Source: a virus
Direction: 5' to 3' (one strand)
IMG/VR virus record: IMGVR_UViG_3300042351_000809
Length of the DNA stretch: 64,000 nt
The stretch's first letter is position 1. The number at the start of each line of letters is the position of its first letter. The notes under the pieces are model-generated. The model saw only the letters and a program-made list of their open reading frames with translations. It ran no database searches and was not told where the DNA came from. Positions 20,710 through 29,790 of this stretch are shown here, piece by piece. A program made the position numbers and the translations under genes.

Positions 20710-21405
20710 TTAGAAGTTCCACCTAAGTCCACCAACTGCAACCACAGAATCATTCAACTCCTTGATTGCAAAATTATACTTACTTACACCGAAATTGTTA
20801 TCATAATAGCCAACTTCAGCAAAAGGCTCAAGATGATTGAATAGGAGCTTTGAAACGGTTAGCTTCGCCGTCTTGAAATCATAATCAGTGAACTTACCAT
20901 ACTCAACGAGAGGAGTAATAGTAAACCAGCCAAATACATCAGTAGGACGCTTCAAGCCAACAACATAACCAGTCTGATCAAGATCTAGATCATGAGTACC
21001 CTTAACATAAGGAGTTGCGACGATATTCTCAATAGCAAGAATACCTGCTACCTCCGTTGAATTTGGCGCACCGGGAATCGCGGTCAAGTGACGAAATGCC
21101 TGACCATCTAGGCGAACTGTCACACCTTCAACAATCTTAAATCCCTTTCCTACGCCAGCAGTCCAGTGAGACTCGTCTAGAGCGGAAGAAACGGGAATAA
21201 TTGTTCCTCCAAGATAGGCATCAACTCCAAGATAAGTTGCGCCAATATTTACTGCACCAAAAGCTTGCGCTTCAGTACGAGCAACGCCGTTTACGATGTA
21301 GTGAGACATATAGCCAGCCTCTGTACTCGCCTTTACGTTTTCGGCTAAAGCCTTAGTTGCGAATAGTGAGACGACCAACGACAATAATGTTAGAATTCTT
21401 TTCAT
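20710..21405 (-). CDS. Outer-membrane beta-barrel protein with a Sec signal peptide
   Basis: MKRILTLLSLVVSLFATKALA signal, alternating hydrophobic strands, C-terminal GLRWNF (aromatic terminal residue typical of BAM substrates). Confidence 0.75.
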   Translation of the reverse strand: MKRILTLLSLVVSLFATKALAENVKASTEAGYMSHYIVNGVARTEAQAFGAVNIGATYLGVDAYLGGTIIPVSSALDESHWTAGVGKGFKIVEGVTVRLDGQAFRHLTAIPGAPNSTEVAGILAIENIVATPYVKGTHDLDLDQTGYVVGLKRPTDVFGWFTITPLVEYGKFTDYDFKTAKLTVSKLLFNHLEPFAEVGYYDNNFGVSKYNFAIKELNDSVVAVGGLRWNF

Positions 21406-21413
21406 AACACCTT

Positions 21414-21442
21414 ATTTTATGCAAGACATCAGGATTTATCAA
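21414..21442 (-). promoter_or_regulatory. Sigma70-type promoter TTGATA-17-TAAAAT, 8 nt before the ATG of the beta-barrel gene
   Basis: Read directly from the sequence. Confidence 0.6.
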
Positions 21443-21446
21443 AATT

Positions 21447-21731
21447 TTATTCGTACCCTTCGATCTCAAAACACCCAAATCCAGCCTGATGCTCAAAAGT
21501 AAGGAGTCCGCACCTCTTGCTGCGAAGATTAGTGCAGACTCCGTAATCTAAATTTAAATCTCTGTTCGCTTTATCATACAGGGGAATAAAATGCTTGCAG
21601 CCAGCACTACAATCAAGATAATGATAATTAATATCTGCTCTTGCTATTTTTCCACCATACTCAGCGTAATCAGTATCTAATACTTTACAAAAGTCAAAAA
21701 GGTTGATTTGATTCTTGTTCTTTTTCTTCAT
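21447..21731 (-). CDS. Cys-rich hypothetical protein
   Basis: CSAGCKHF...YGVC.N..S.RCGLLTFEH....C. Confidence 0.6.
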   Translation of the reverse strand: MKKKNKNQINLFDFCKVLDTDYAEYGGKIARADINYHYLDCSAGCKHFIPLYDKANRDLNLDYGVCTNLRSKRCGLLTFEHQAGFGCFEIEGYE

Positions 21732-22656
21732 AACGCTTCAGGTACTCTTGTCCTTTACCTGTAAGCATTCTACCCTTTTCTGCAATTTGTATCAGATTAT
21801 TTCTCAATAACCAAGTTTCAAAATCCTTTTGTAAGCTGGAACGAGTCATTCCAATAATCGCAGAAAGATTAGTGAGCGTCATTTCTGGTTTACTCTTAAG
21901 AGTTTGCAGGATTCTCAATTCAATTTGATTGAGTCCCAGAGGCAAGATACTAAGCTTATCTTTTAGAAGCTGCCAGTCATCACTAGTAAAGATTCTCTCT
22001 TGCTTTGTTTTTAAATAAGAGTCAATTTTATTAGCCATGACTTGAGCCTGTCGAGCATTGCCTCTCAAGCAAGAAGAAATGTCATAAAGAGATTCTTCAT
22101 CAAATTCACAATTCACGCTCCTCTTAATGATCTGAGAAAGTTCATTGTGAGAATACTCCTGAAGCTCAACTCTCTCAAGGCGATCAAGAAGAGCATGAAA
22201 AATCAACTGAGGCTCAGTTGTGCAGAACAAGAAGCTCTGAACAGCAAAATCAAAATCAACAGAATAATCTGGAAGATTAAGAGTGTTCCTGTTGGCAGGA
22301 TTAGGATTAAAAAGACTCAAGAAATTAATCTGGAGGCTTTTGGGCAATTCGCTGGCTTCATCAAAAAGCACAGTGACTTCTTTATTGGCTATCGCAGGAA
22401 CATAGACATCATTAAAGAAACTCTCGGATGAACCGATAGTTGCACAGTTAATCTCAATAAGTGGCTTGCACTTAGATTTATCTGCCTTGATAAGATTTCT
22501 AGCGTACTGCTTTGCAATGGTAGTCTTGCCAGATCCTCGCGGAGCGACAAAAAGAAAATTAGGAGAGATTTGACTCTTCTCGTAAATATCAAGATAGAAA
22601 TCTAACTTATTCTTAACTGCTTCCTGACCAATGATTGAATCAAAGCGATTGCTCAT
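21694..22656 (-). CDS. ruvB: RuvB-like Holliday-junction branch-migration AAA+ ATPase (start corrected to MSNRFDSIIGQ)
   Basis: F..IIGQ..VK..L, Walker A PRGSGKTT, LFDEA, CTT, LLDR, RGNARQA, C-terminal winged helix (LGL..IE...L, E..LL...LI....GR.LT). Confidence 0.8.
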   Translation of the reverse strand: MSNRFDSIIGQEAVKNKLDFYLDIYEKSQISPNFLFVAPRGSGKTTIAKQYARNLIKADKSKCKPLIEINCATIGSSESFFNDVYVPAIANKEVTVLFDEASELPKSLQINFLSLFNPNPANRNTLNLPDYSVDFDFAVQSFLFCTTEPQLIFHALLDRLERVELQEYSHNELSQIIKRSVNCEFDEESLYDISSCLRGNARQAQVMANKIDSYLKTKQERIFTSDDWQLLKDKLSILPLGLNQIELRILQTLKSKPEMTLTNLSAIIGMTRSSLQKDFETWLLRNNLIQIAEKGRMLTGKGQEYLKRYEEKEQESNQPF

Positions 22657-22657
22657 A

Positions 22658-22897
22658 TTAAAATTCTTCTGAAACTGAGAAAGAAACGACTGGCTTTGCA
22701 GGGTTATCCTGAACAGAAGAACTTGTGGTTTGAGGAATGCTTTCGCCCTCATCGACTAGGTTCACCTGCTTGGCGAACTTGATGCTGACTGGAATTCTCG
22801 CTGCATCGGTCATCTTCTCACGAAGCTGCGAAATGCTAACGAATACAAGGTTTTTGCCTCCCGTAGGACGGCCTCTGGTCTTCAAGAGTTCACTCAT
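22658..22897 (-). CDS. Small protein with an AT-hook-like RGRP motif
   Basis: KTRGRPTGGK; preceded by TTGACC-17-TAGCCT, 8 nt before the ATG. Confidence 0.55.
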   Translation of the reverse strand: MSELLKTRGRPTGGKNLVFVSISQLREKMTDAARIPVSIKFAKQVNLVDEGESIPQTTSSSVQDNPAKPVVSFSVSEEF

Positions 22898-23172
22898 CGG
22901 CAGACAGGCTAAACTAAGCTTTTGAAAAGGTCAAGAGGGGAGTTTAGAAAATCTTTCCAAATCTGATCTGCTCGTTTTTCCCGCAGACCAGCACCTCCAA
23001 ACCAAAAATCATATTCTTTGATTCAGTAGTTGGTGTACTCAAATGAGAATTTAATTCTTTCTCAAATTCATCAAGAAGATTAGAAGGGATGATCACGGCA
23101 TTAAAATGCTCGCCCAACTTGTACCCTCTACCTTGGGCTTCTTGGATTGATTGCTGAATCTTTTGTAACATA

Positions 23173-23775
23173 TTAGTAAAGAAACCATTGCCAGTCTCTA
23201 TGCTTTTTTTCTATATTAATAATAAATGGGTGAGAATTGGGTTTTTTGGGCTTTTTAATCAATGGCATCCCAAATTCTTCAAGAGTTTTATTAGATTTTA
23301 AACTATTAATTTTAATGTCGCAAGCAACCATGTTCTCCCAAGTATTCTTGCCATTCCTTGAGACGGGAATCAGGTGATCTATATTTGCTTCTTCCTTTGA
23401 CAATCTTCGGCCTGTATACTGGCAGGTCCAGTTGTCTCTTTCAAGGATTGCTTTTTTAGTTAATTTAGTGTGGTAGATCGGAACTTTTGAAAAGTTCTTG
23501 CTGATGACGACCGTCGGAATTCGAAAGGTCTGATAAGGAGAGGAGATCGAATAATCAAAAGAGCGCACTGGCAAAGTTTCCCAAATTTCCCATGAAACTG
23601 GTCTGTAGTCTGGGTTTTCAAAATCATATTCTCCATCTACTAAAGGATAATCAACATCCATTGCAAGATATGAACCTTTAAATATCTTACTAATGGCAGT
23701 TTCAATGCCTTCAGTCCCAATGCCCATCCAATTTTTATTTAATTTTAGACAGGTTAGATTATCAAGGTTGAACAT
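23173..23775 (-). CDS. HNH endonuclease (McrA-like)
   Basis: ILERDNWTCQYTG...NIDHLIPVSRNGKNTWENMVAC...N..K.NKT. Confidence 0.9.
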   Translation of the reverse strand: MFNLDNLTCLKLNKNWMGIGTEGIETAISKIFKGSYLAMDVDYPLVDGEYDFENPDYRPVSWEIWETLPVRSFDYSISSPYQTFRIPTVVISKNFSKVPIYHTKLTKKAILERDNWTCQYTGRRLSKEEANIDHLIPVSRNGKNTWENMVACDIKINSLKSNKTLEEFGMPLIKKPKKPNSHPFIINIEKKHRDWQWFLY

Positions 23776-24190
23776 ATTCTTCAAACTTATTGTCTCCGTT
23801 TGAATCAACGGAGTAAAATATTTTCTTCGGATTTAAAAATTTAATCAAATTCTGACAGGAAGTGCAAGGTTTAGAGTTTCTGATCTTGCCGTTTCTGTCA
23901 ATCCTAGTGGTGACAAGATTGGTTTTAGTAAAGTCAATATTAGTAAGATTCTTAAACTTGATAAAAGCGTTAAGCTCGGAGCAGGTATATTTATCCTTTA
24001 CTAATTCGCCATTTAAGCCAGTCTTAGGATTTTTTTGATTGGTTGGATTGCTCTTATTAGAATTTTTACCAATAGTAATAATTCTGTTCTTGTGAAAGAT
24101 AAATGAAAAGTGTTGGCACCTTAGTTTAGAGTCTGTCTCTCGCAAAGCTTTTGTAAGATTTACGCACTTTTCTAAATGAGATTTTTTCAC
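23762..24190 (-). CDS. Cytidine-deaminase-fold protein (CxE...PCxxC variant)
   Basis: HFSFIF..IITIG.N, TCSE, R.D..G....SKPCTSC. Confidence 0.75.
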   Translation of the reverse strand: MKKSHLEKCVNLTKALRETDSKLRCQHFSFIFHKNRIITIGKNSNKSNPTNQKNPKTGLNGELVKDKYTCSELNAFIKFKNLTNIDFTKTNLVTTRIDRNGKIRNSKPCTSCQNLIKFLNPKKIFYSVDSNGDNKFEEYVQP

Positions 24191-24556
24191 AAGAGATTAC
24201 TTTTCGGCTTTCCTAATAACTTCTTTTATGAACTCGACGTAAAACGAATCTTCTTTCTTAGATTCTTTTGCCATGTCAATGATGTCTTTCTTCCACTTGG
24301 GCAGATCCTTGTATAGATCGTCCCAAGCTCGGGAATATTCATTGTTAATTTTTTTGCTCTTTGATTTTTGCATACTCTTCTTCCATGCAATTCTTAAGAA
24401 TCTTCAAGTAATGAGTAAAGAAGGATTCTCCAATTTTAGAAGGATCACTAATCTTATCTTGACGATCTTTCTCATAACTAGCTTCTATAAGCTGTTGAAC
24501 GAGTTTTAATGAATTGTCCATATATTTGGAATATTATCGGGCAAACTTGATGGTTG

Positions 24557-24883
24557 TCAACTTTTTCTTGGTTTTCTTTTTTTAATTTTTCCTTTTGAAG
24601 ATCCGTTAATTTTTTCTAAGAATTTTTCGCTTATTAATTCTACAAGTTTCAAACCTAAAAATCCAGCAATAAAAGCAACGCCGTTTTGGTGCTTGACATT
24701 AGCGATATTTAGAGCATCAACCAGAACAGGGGTCAAGAAGTTTGCGGCAGACATTCCGCCAACAAGAGACAAGACTACAGATTTTACATCGGTTTTTTCA
24801 TTTTTTGTAGCCATCAAAATGGCCCCAAATAAACCGCTAATCAAGAACCCTAATTGAATTCCCATCTTTTGCAACTGTTCCAT
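24557..24883 (-). CDS. Putative holin (about 3 TM helices, basic C-tail)
   Basis: Hydrophobic segments, GG..AA.FLTP and AFIAGFLG, Lys/Arg-rich C-terminus. Confidence 0.6.
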   Translation of the reverse strand: MEQLQKMGIQLGFLISGLFGAILMATKNEKTDVKSVVLSLVGGMSAANFLTPVLVDALNIANVKHQNGVAFIAGFLGLKLVELISEKFLEKINGSSKGKIKKRKPRKS

Positions 24884-24884
24884 A

Positions 24885-25505
24885 TTACTTTTTCTTTTTC
24901 TTTATAGGTTTCTTTTGGGCGACGGGATGGTTATCATGTTTAATTAAATACACCAATGCAATAATAATCAAACACAAGCTATATAAGTATATATTTAATA
25001 ACTGAGTCTCTTCTTTAATAATCCTTTCTGAGCTATCATTAATTAAAGTTCTAAATTTATCTTTGCTGTCATATATTTTCTTTTTATAATCTAAATATTT
25101 TTCACCAAAGAATGCCTTACTATCCATCTTTTCAAAAGCAGGGCCTTCTACTTCTTTTGCTAATTCGTTGCTTATGTCTAAGCCAACTCGAAACTCTTTT
25201 AATTCCTCTTGAGTAAGTATTTTAGAAATAAAAACTTCGTTATTAAAATACTTTTCTCTTTCTTTCAGATGGCCGTTGAATTGCTCTATAAACTTTTTAT
25301 CACCAGTAGCCGTATATGCAGCACCAAGATATGTTAAATGGTCTGTAGACTTTCTAAGGTAAAGAGTTATATCCCTGCCAAATCTAAATCTAACAAATGC
25401 TTTTTCTATATCTTTTAAACAAGATATTGAAAGAATAACTAAAAGCGCAGTTGGTAAAAGTATAACTAATAAATACTTTTTTATATTTGAGAAGATTTCG
25501 TTCAT
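24885..25505 (-). CDS. Two-TM protein with a periplasmic helical sensor-like domain and no cytoplasmic output domain
   Basis: LRKSTDHLT....AY.ATGD.KF, LTQEE, SNEL...E..AF, FGEKY...K.KI resemble MCP/histidine-kinase four-helix sensor domains. Confidence 0.55.
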   Translation of the reverse strand: MNEIFSNIKKYLLVILLPTALLVILSISCLKDIEKAFVRFRFGRDITLYLRKSTDHLTYLGAAYTATGDKKFIEQFNGHLKEREKYFNNEVFISKILTQEELKEFRVGLDISNELAKEVEGPAFEKMDSKAFFGEKYLDYKKKIYDSKDKFRTLINDSSERIIKEETQLLNIYLYSLCLIIIALVYLIKHDNHPVAQKKPIKKKKK

Positions 25506-25513
25506 TTTAGTTT

Positions 25514-26470
25514 TTATTTAATCCACTTTTGTTCTTTTAGAATTTCGTCTATTAAATCTTTTTCATGGCTGTCCATTTCTTTATCGAATCTCTTTAAGGC
25601 TTCTGTTATTGGATAAACTCTATCTGGAAATTCTTTTTGTCTTTCTTTAAGATCTTGGATAACGTCAACAATCTTAACAAGTGGTGCTTTAAATTCTTCT
25701 ACTTTGTCTTTTGAAGTGAAATTAGACATTTCAAAAGCTTTAGGAGTTAAAGCTTTTAATACAGAAATCAATGCTGACCCTAACATATTAAAGATTGAAA
25801 ATGCAGCAGCGGCAGCAGGGTGAACTGTTGCTAGAAGACGAAGAATAACAAATAGGACTACAAATATAATAATTGTAGTTAATGTACTAATAATAAACTT
25901 CTTTAATCCCCATAATACAGCATTAAGACCAAACATTCCGCTCATTGAATCTAACACTGCTTTATTTTGATCTGCTTCTTTGGCGACTTCTTTGGCTTTG
26001 TCAGTTAGTTGCCAAAGTTGATCATCGTATTTTTGATTTAGCTCTGACTTTTCTTTCTGTAATTTATTAATTATGTCGTCGCGTTGAGCTAAAAGTTCTT
26101 CTCCTTTTTTGCGCTCTTCAACTAAAGCAGAGTTTAAAAGATCTACTGTAGTCTTTATTCTCTTCATTTCATCAATATGAGGAGAACCAACAATGGAGAT
26201 GACTCTTTCATTTAACTTTCTGGCAGTATCTACTTGAACGGGGGCATTAGTTATCTGATTGAGAGAATGTTGAATTCCGACAGAAAGACCAGAGGTTTGG
26301 ATTCTCTTGCCTTTGTCGTTTTTTTCTATTTCAACTAAAGTGCTATCTACCTTCTTTTCTTCTTTAGCAATGACCTTTTGATTGTCATCTATCTGTTTAG
26401 AAGGTTTAATTGTAGAGAAGCATCCCGTTAATACTAACAGGACAGAGAGTAACAATAGGGACTTCTTCAT
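25514..26470 (-). CDS. Lipoprotein with a long coiled coil and C-terminal TM segments (spanin-like candidate)
   Basis: Lipobox LTG-C at residue 17, K/E-rich heptads, hydrophobic stretch around residues 185-240. Confidence 0.6.
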   Translation of the reverse strand: MKKSLLLLSVLLVLTGCFSTIKPSKQIDDNQKVIAKEEKKVDSTLVEIEKNDKGKRIQTSGLSVGIQHSLNQITNAPVQVDTARKLNERVISIVGSPHIDEMKRIKTTVDLLNSALVEERKKGEELLAQRDDIINKLQKEKSELNQKYDDQLWQLTDKAKEVAKEADQNKAVLDSMSGMFGLNAVLWGLKKFIISTLTTIIIFVVLFVILRLLATVHPAAAAAFSIFNMLGSALISVLKALTPKAFEMSNFTSKDKVEEFKAPLVKIVDVIQDLKERQKEFPDRVYPITEALKRFDKEMDSHEKDLIDEILKEQKWIK

Positions 26471-26506
26471 GCCTATTATTACACAATTAATAATCTAATT
26501 ATGTAT

Positions 26507-27808
26507 TTATCTACTGATCTCTTCCCAGTCTACTGAGGCGTATACGTCGTCTCCAGCATTTTTAGAAGCTATAATTAAAGTTAATTCAAAACCAGTAGAA
26601 GTAAAAGTATTCCTTTCTAATTGGAATTTAAATAGAGCTTCTTTTAGAATATCTATTACCGCTTGGCCTTGAGTGTTTGAAGTCATATATCCAGAAGCTA
26701 AAACTCTACCGCCTGAGAATGATGTTCCTGAAATATTGTATTGAACTGCTGAATTTGCGCCAGCATCAACCCAATTTCCTCCAGTAGTAGTTCCAGAGGC
26801 TACTACTTGCCAATTAAATACTGCGTTATTTCCAGTACCAACCATACTTAACGCAGTTAAAATAACAATTGCATCTAAAAATTCAGATTTTAATTTAAGA
26901 GAAATAACTGGATAGTAAGTATTTGCAAGAGTACAGTCTCTTGGAGCGTCTAAAGGAATAGTAACTGCTTGTTGCAATCCGCGAAGTTCATAACCTCCTT
27001 CAGAAATTACTGTTGAACAAATTTGCTTTAATGTACTTGCTCCAGAAGTCGCGGCAGCATTTTTAATTTCATAACGAAGTGGTAATGATGCTGTTGTGAT
27101 ATAAGTTGAATTGATTATGTTTGCGTGATGAAAAGAATGGGCAACAATAAATTTACCATTTATAATAAATCCGCAACGCACGGTTCCTAAACCTAGCCAT
27201 TCAACATCCATCCAAAAAATTTGAGCTTTAGAAATATCTAAAGTTAAATTAGAGCTACCGCTACCATTTAATTTATCACCATTCCAAGACGATTGAGGAA
27301 CTCTAGTTTCCATTAAAGAACCGCTTACAGAAGTTCTTTCGACAAAATTTAAATTAGAACCGCTAAGTTCTATATATATTCCATTATTAGAACCGTAATA
27401 TCCAACTCTTTGACGAAGGCCAACTTTTGGTGCTTCCATCACTGCGGTATTCATTATCAATAGTGATTTTCCCGGTTGATAAGAACATACTTTTGTAGTT
27501 TCTCTGATAATTTCATCATTAATCCCGCTACCAACTGTTAAATTAACTAATCCTTGATTAGTATTAAAAATTCCTGTAGCTGTTCCTGAAGTAAAGGTAT
27601 TCCAAAGGCCATTATCTTTATATCTGTGACTGGAGTCAAATAAAGTCATTGGGCTAGAAGTCCTTTGACGACCGAAAGCGTCATTTTGAGTACCAGCAGA
27701 GCTTCCTCCAGCAAAATCAGAGTCTAGTATTGGTCGCCATTGAGCCAATATTGTATCATAAATGTAACTTGATGATACATGGGGAAGCGTTGGAGTTGTA
27801 TCGTACAT
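26507..27808 (-). CDS. Putative virion structural protein (DAFGR...TLFDSSHRY family)
   Basis: Motifs DAFGRQRTS.P.TLFDSS, YQPGKS, WLGLG.VR.GF, TASLPLRYE, WEEI; S/T/G-rich; family known from large phages. Confidence 0.7.
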   Translation of the reverse strand: MYDTTPTLPHVSSSYIYDTILAQWRPILDSDFAGGSSAGTQNDAFGRQRTSSPMTLFDSSHRYKDNGLWNTFTSGTATGIFNTNQGLVNLTVGSGINDEIIRETTKVCSYQPGKSLLIMNTAVMEAPKVGLRQRVGYYGSNNGIYIELSGSNLNFVERTSVSGSLMETRVPQSSWNGDKLNGSGSSNLTLDISKAQIFWMDVEWLGLGTVRCGFIINGKFIVAHSFHHANIINSTYITTASLPLRYEIKNAAATSGASTLKQICSTVISEGGYELRGLQQAVTIPLDAPRDCTLANTYYPVISLKLKSEFLDAIVILTALSMVGTGNNAVFNWQVVASGTTTGGNWVDAGANSAVQYNISGTSFSGGRVLASGYMTSNTQGQAVIDILKEALFKFQLERNTFTSTGFELTLIIASKNAGDDVYASVDWEEISR

Positions 27809-27825
27809 ATACACTCTATTACACT

Positions 27826-27849
27826 AAAAAAGCCGCCTTTCGGCGGCTT
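27826..27849 (-). terminator. Intrinsic terminator
   Basis: Minus strand AAGCCGCC-GAAA-GGCGGCTT followed by a T run. Confidence 0.9.
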
Positions 27850-27858
27850 GAGTGTTTT

Positions 27859-28110
27859 TTAATCTGGTCTTGAAGGAAATATCCCTTGAGTACAAATTAT
27901 ATACTTCAAAGTAGTTCCTTGAATAAGTGGAGTTTTATTTAAATTAGGAAGAGCAAAAGTATGAACCCTATCTCCTCCATATTGATTTCCTATTAGCGCA
28001 TACAAGGCTTGGTATTGCGAGATTTGCAAAATTTGCCCATCACAATACATATAGTCATGAGGGCAAAAGTTTCCAGCGATTAGTTTGATTGCTCCTAAAA
28101 GTTCATCCAT
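27859..28110 (-). CDS. Stand-alone phage tail-collar domain protein (MdpB-like)
   Basis: LGAIKL.AGNF.P...YCDGQ.L.ISQYQALYALIG..YGGD...TFALP.L...YIIC..GIFPSR. Confidence 0.9.
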   Translation of the reverse strand: MDELLGAIKLIAGNFCPHDYMYCDGQILQISQYQALYALIGNQYGGDRVHTFALPNLNKTPLIQGTTLKYIICTQGIFPSRPD

Positions 28111-28120
28111 AGACTATTTA

Positions 28121-28627
28121 TTACACCAATTTAAAAACATCACTAGGCTTACCTCTGATATTTTTTCTTTCCCCGACTTTTTTAATTGTGTTTCCAAGAA
28201 CCATTTCTTTAATTTTAAGATATAGTTTTGGGTATGGAATCTTATTTGTAACGAGGAGATCTTTCATGGTAAACTCTCCTTTTGGAATCTTTAATTCAGC
28301 TTGAGTGTTTTCAACTTGTTCTTGCTTATTAGCCAAGATTTCTTTATGCCTATTGATGGCAATATCAAGAGAAAGGCAATCAAAGCCAATCCTGCCGAAA
28401 GCGTTATCATTAGGATAAACCCACTTGGCTTCAATAGTTTTGCCATGAAACACGAATTGATCTTGCCTTTTAGGCTTAACCAATTCATATTTTTTAGTTT
28501 TAGTAGACTCTTTTGTCTTTTCGTAGATCATCCAGCCACCTTCAAGTTTTTTTATGAACTTGAACTGGTAACCTTTGTGAGTGAATTCTTTGGGAACCAA
28601 GAGATAACCGTCCTTATCTTTTTCCAT
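28121..28627 (-). CDS. Hypothetical protein with a possible C-terminal winged helix
   Basis: FTMKDL...I.KVGE....RGKPSDVF. Confidence 0.5.
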   Translation of the reverse strand: MEKDKDGYLLVPKEFTHKGYQFKFIKKLEGGWMIYEKTKESTKTKKYELVKPKRQDQFVFHGKTIEAKWVYPNDNAFGRIGFDCLSLDIAINRHKEILANKQEQVENTQAELKIPKGEFTMKDLLVTNKIPYPKLYLKIKEMVLGNTIKKVGERKNIRGKPSDVFKLV

Positions 28628-28882
28628 TTTTTCTATATACTTTGTTATACTTGCTGATAGTCTGCTTCATCAGGATATTGTCTTTTGAAATGACAACATA
28701 TTCGTCGTCAACCAAATGAACTAAATCTCCTGCTTGAAAATTATCCCCCACTTTGGGTTGGTGGTATTTTTTTAAGTCTTTTTCTTTGAGTTCCATGATG
28801 TTTACTGGTCTGTTCATTGTTAACTGGTTTATTCCAGTTAATCTCATCATAGTTAGATTTGAACTGTTTACTAAAACAATTT

Positions 28883-29074
28883 CTAGGATTGCTTCCTTTT
28901 CCGTTCATTTTGTTCGTTTAATAACAGAGATTCCATTATTTCAAGTCTTGTTTTCTCAGAATACTGAGTCCAATCAGCGATTTGCTGCCAAGACCTGTTG
29001 CAACCTGTACAGAAACCATCTTTTAATTTACAAAGTCTGATGCAAGGGGTTGAAACCTTAGCAGCAGTGTCCAT
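28883..29074 (-). CDS. DUF1289 (YdhL-like putative Fe-S) protein
   Basis: PCI.LC.L..G.C.GC.R...QI..W..YS...R. Confidence 0.8.
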   Translation of the reverse strand: MDTAAKVSTPCIRLCKLKDGFCTGCNRSWQQIADWTQYSEKTRLEIMESLLLNEQNERKRKQS

Positions 29075-29244
29075 TCTTTTGTTGAGTTATCTGCTTTCTA
29101 CCATCAACCATGTCGTAGAATTTAGTATAATAGTCTTGAATAATCTTATCGATGTTCTTAACTATGCGGTTTGGTTGTTCGCTGGCATCAATGCTGCGAA
29201 TATTTTTTGCCAGTTCATTCAATAGTTTTTTATTTTGCGACACT

Positions 29245-29595
29245 TTAGTCTCCTTTTTCAATTCTGTAGCTGTCTTCATCGAAGTGCTGGGTACTAATTT
29301 CAATAATTTCGCTATCTTTAAGAGCAGAGAATTGGTGAATCATCCCTGTTGGGATATGGAAGCTATCACCTCGACCCAAGGTGATCCAGTTATTTCTTGC
29401 GGTTTTTTCATCCATGCCATAATGCAAGACAATTTTTCCACTTTGTACATAGAAAGTTTCATCTTTTATTTTGTGATAATGAAGACTACACTTGCGATCT
29501 TTGACGACAAACAGAATTTTACCGCAGTATTTATCGTTATTAACAATCCACTTCTCATATCCCCAGCCTTTGGGTACAAAATGCAACTTTGACAT
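29245..29595 (-). CDS. Cupin (mannose-6-phosphate-isomerase C-terminal / sugar isomerase-like)
   Basis: KGWGYE.W, CSLHYHKIKDETFYV.SG, G.IHQF.A, EIST.HFDEDSYR. Confidence 0.85.
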   Translation of the reverse strand: MSKLHFVPKGWGYEKWIVNNDKYCGKILFVVKDRKCSLHYHKIKDETFYVQSGKIVLHYGMDEKTARNNWITLGRGDSFHIPTGMIHQFSALKDSEIIEISTQHFDEDSYRIEKGD

Positions 29596-29790
29596 ATTAT
29601 TTTAAAAGAGATTCTATTTTCTTTATTGTTCCATAATTATTATAAACATAATCAAATAACCAATCTTCTGCTTTTGTAGGCACATCTAATTGATTACTTA
29701 GATTAGTAAATAAAGCAGTTTGCTCGTCTTCTAATTTTTGTATCTTTCTACGAGTCTCTTTAATGAGATCACGCTGTTCTGGGGTGAATT

